54,057 nt of DNA from Vicinamibacterales bacterium. GTDB taxonomy: Bacteria; Acidobacteriota; Vicinamibacteria; Vicinamibacterales; Fen-181. Every line of letters starts with the position of its first letter. Position 1 is the stretch's first letter. Under the pieces are notes generated by a model. That model did no database searches, was not told the DNA's origin, and worked only from the letters and a program-made list of their open reading frames with translations. The stretch is from the NCBI GenBank assembly GCA_036381995.1, contig DASVIS010000195.1, positions 1 to 54,057 of the forward strand, given 5' to 3'. The translations under genes were made by a program, and so were the position numbers. This document shows positions 53,924 to 54,057 of this stretch, piece by piece.

Positions 53924-54057
53924 TCACGCGGCGGGCCGCAGAGCGTCGGCCGCGGGTTCACGCTTGCCCATCAACTCGTCGAGGTCGTCTTTGGTGAATC
54001 GCCAATCAAACGGCTTGGCGATGGATTCGTAGTACCGCTCGAAGCCCAGGAGCCGGT
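53924..54057 (-). mobile_element. 3' end of an IS630-family-like (DDE) transposase gene; the rest lies beyond the window
   Basis: The minus-strand frame reads ...RLLGFERYYESIAKPFDWRFTKDDLDELMGKREPAADALRPAA* (stop at 53924-53926). The xFExxYxxxAKPFxWxFTxxDLxxL tail is what I associate with IS630/DDE_3 transposase C-termini. The IS terminus should lie in 53882-53923 but cannot be defined from one end. Confidence 0.5.

Overview
GC-rich bacterial chromosomal window (GC not computed). The gene content, including a CarboxypepD_reg-type TonB receptor, an exosortase and many secreted or lipoproteins, suggests an Acidobacteriota-like soil organism; that assignment is inference only. I support about 37 intact CDS, 3 decayed gene remnants, a few hairpin terminators and candidate operators, and the 3' end of an IS630-like transposase at the right edge. 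I saw no rRNA, tRNA or CRISPR array.

Layout, left to right:
(1) A repeat-rich protein truncated by the window edge.
(2) On the minus strand, an orphan 'acyl-CoA dehydratase activase-related' gene pair followed by an L-lactate permease.
(3) ettA.
(4) A long minus-strand run of mce-mutA-mutB-meaB, then a MATE pump, a CBS protein and msrB.
(5) A pectin/hemicellulose utilisation-like locus: TonB receptor, PL1-like pectate lyase with a LamG domain, an uncharacterised 1274-aa LamG protein, a KdgF-like cupin, GH43, and a GH2 gene gutted by an internal deletion.
(6) A stand-alone, divergent diadenylate-cyclase (DAC/DisA_N)-like protein with an unknown about 210-aa N-terminal domain, followed by a two-domain lipoprotein and recQ.
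(7) Assorted secreted or hypothetical proteins, prs, cupin, a VOC remnant, a LuxR-type remnant, an S41 peptidase and an orphan GspC-like PDZ protein.
(8) The most unusual block: a tightly overlapping operon of an AdoMetDC (SpeH)-like pyruvoyl enzyme, a tandem-duplicated exosortase-like protein, a GT-C-like polytopic membrane protein and a methyltransferase. It is divergently paired with a DUF3494 (ice-binding-like) secreted protein that carries an IPTL-CTERM-like 'PALPEW-TM-RRR' sorting tag.

Many long ORFs in the track are antisense or alternate-frame artefacts of high GC and were rejected. All family assignments come from motif recognition by eye. No database search was run.
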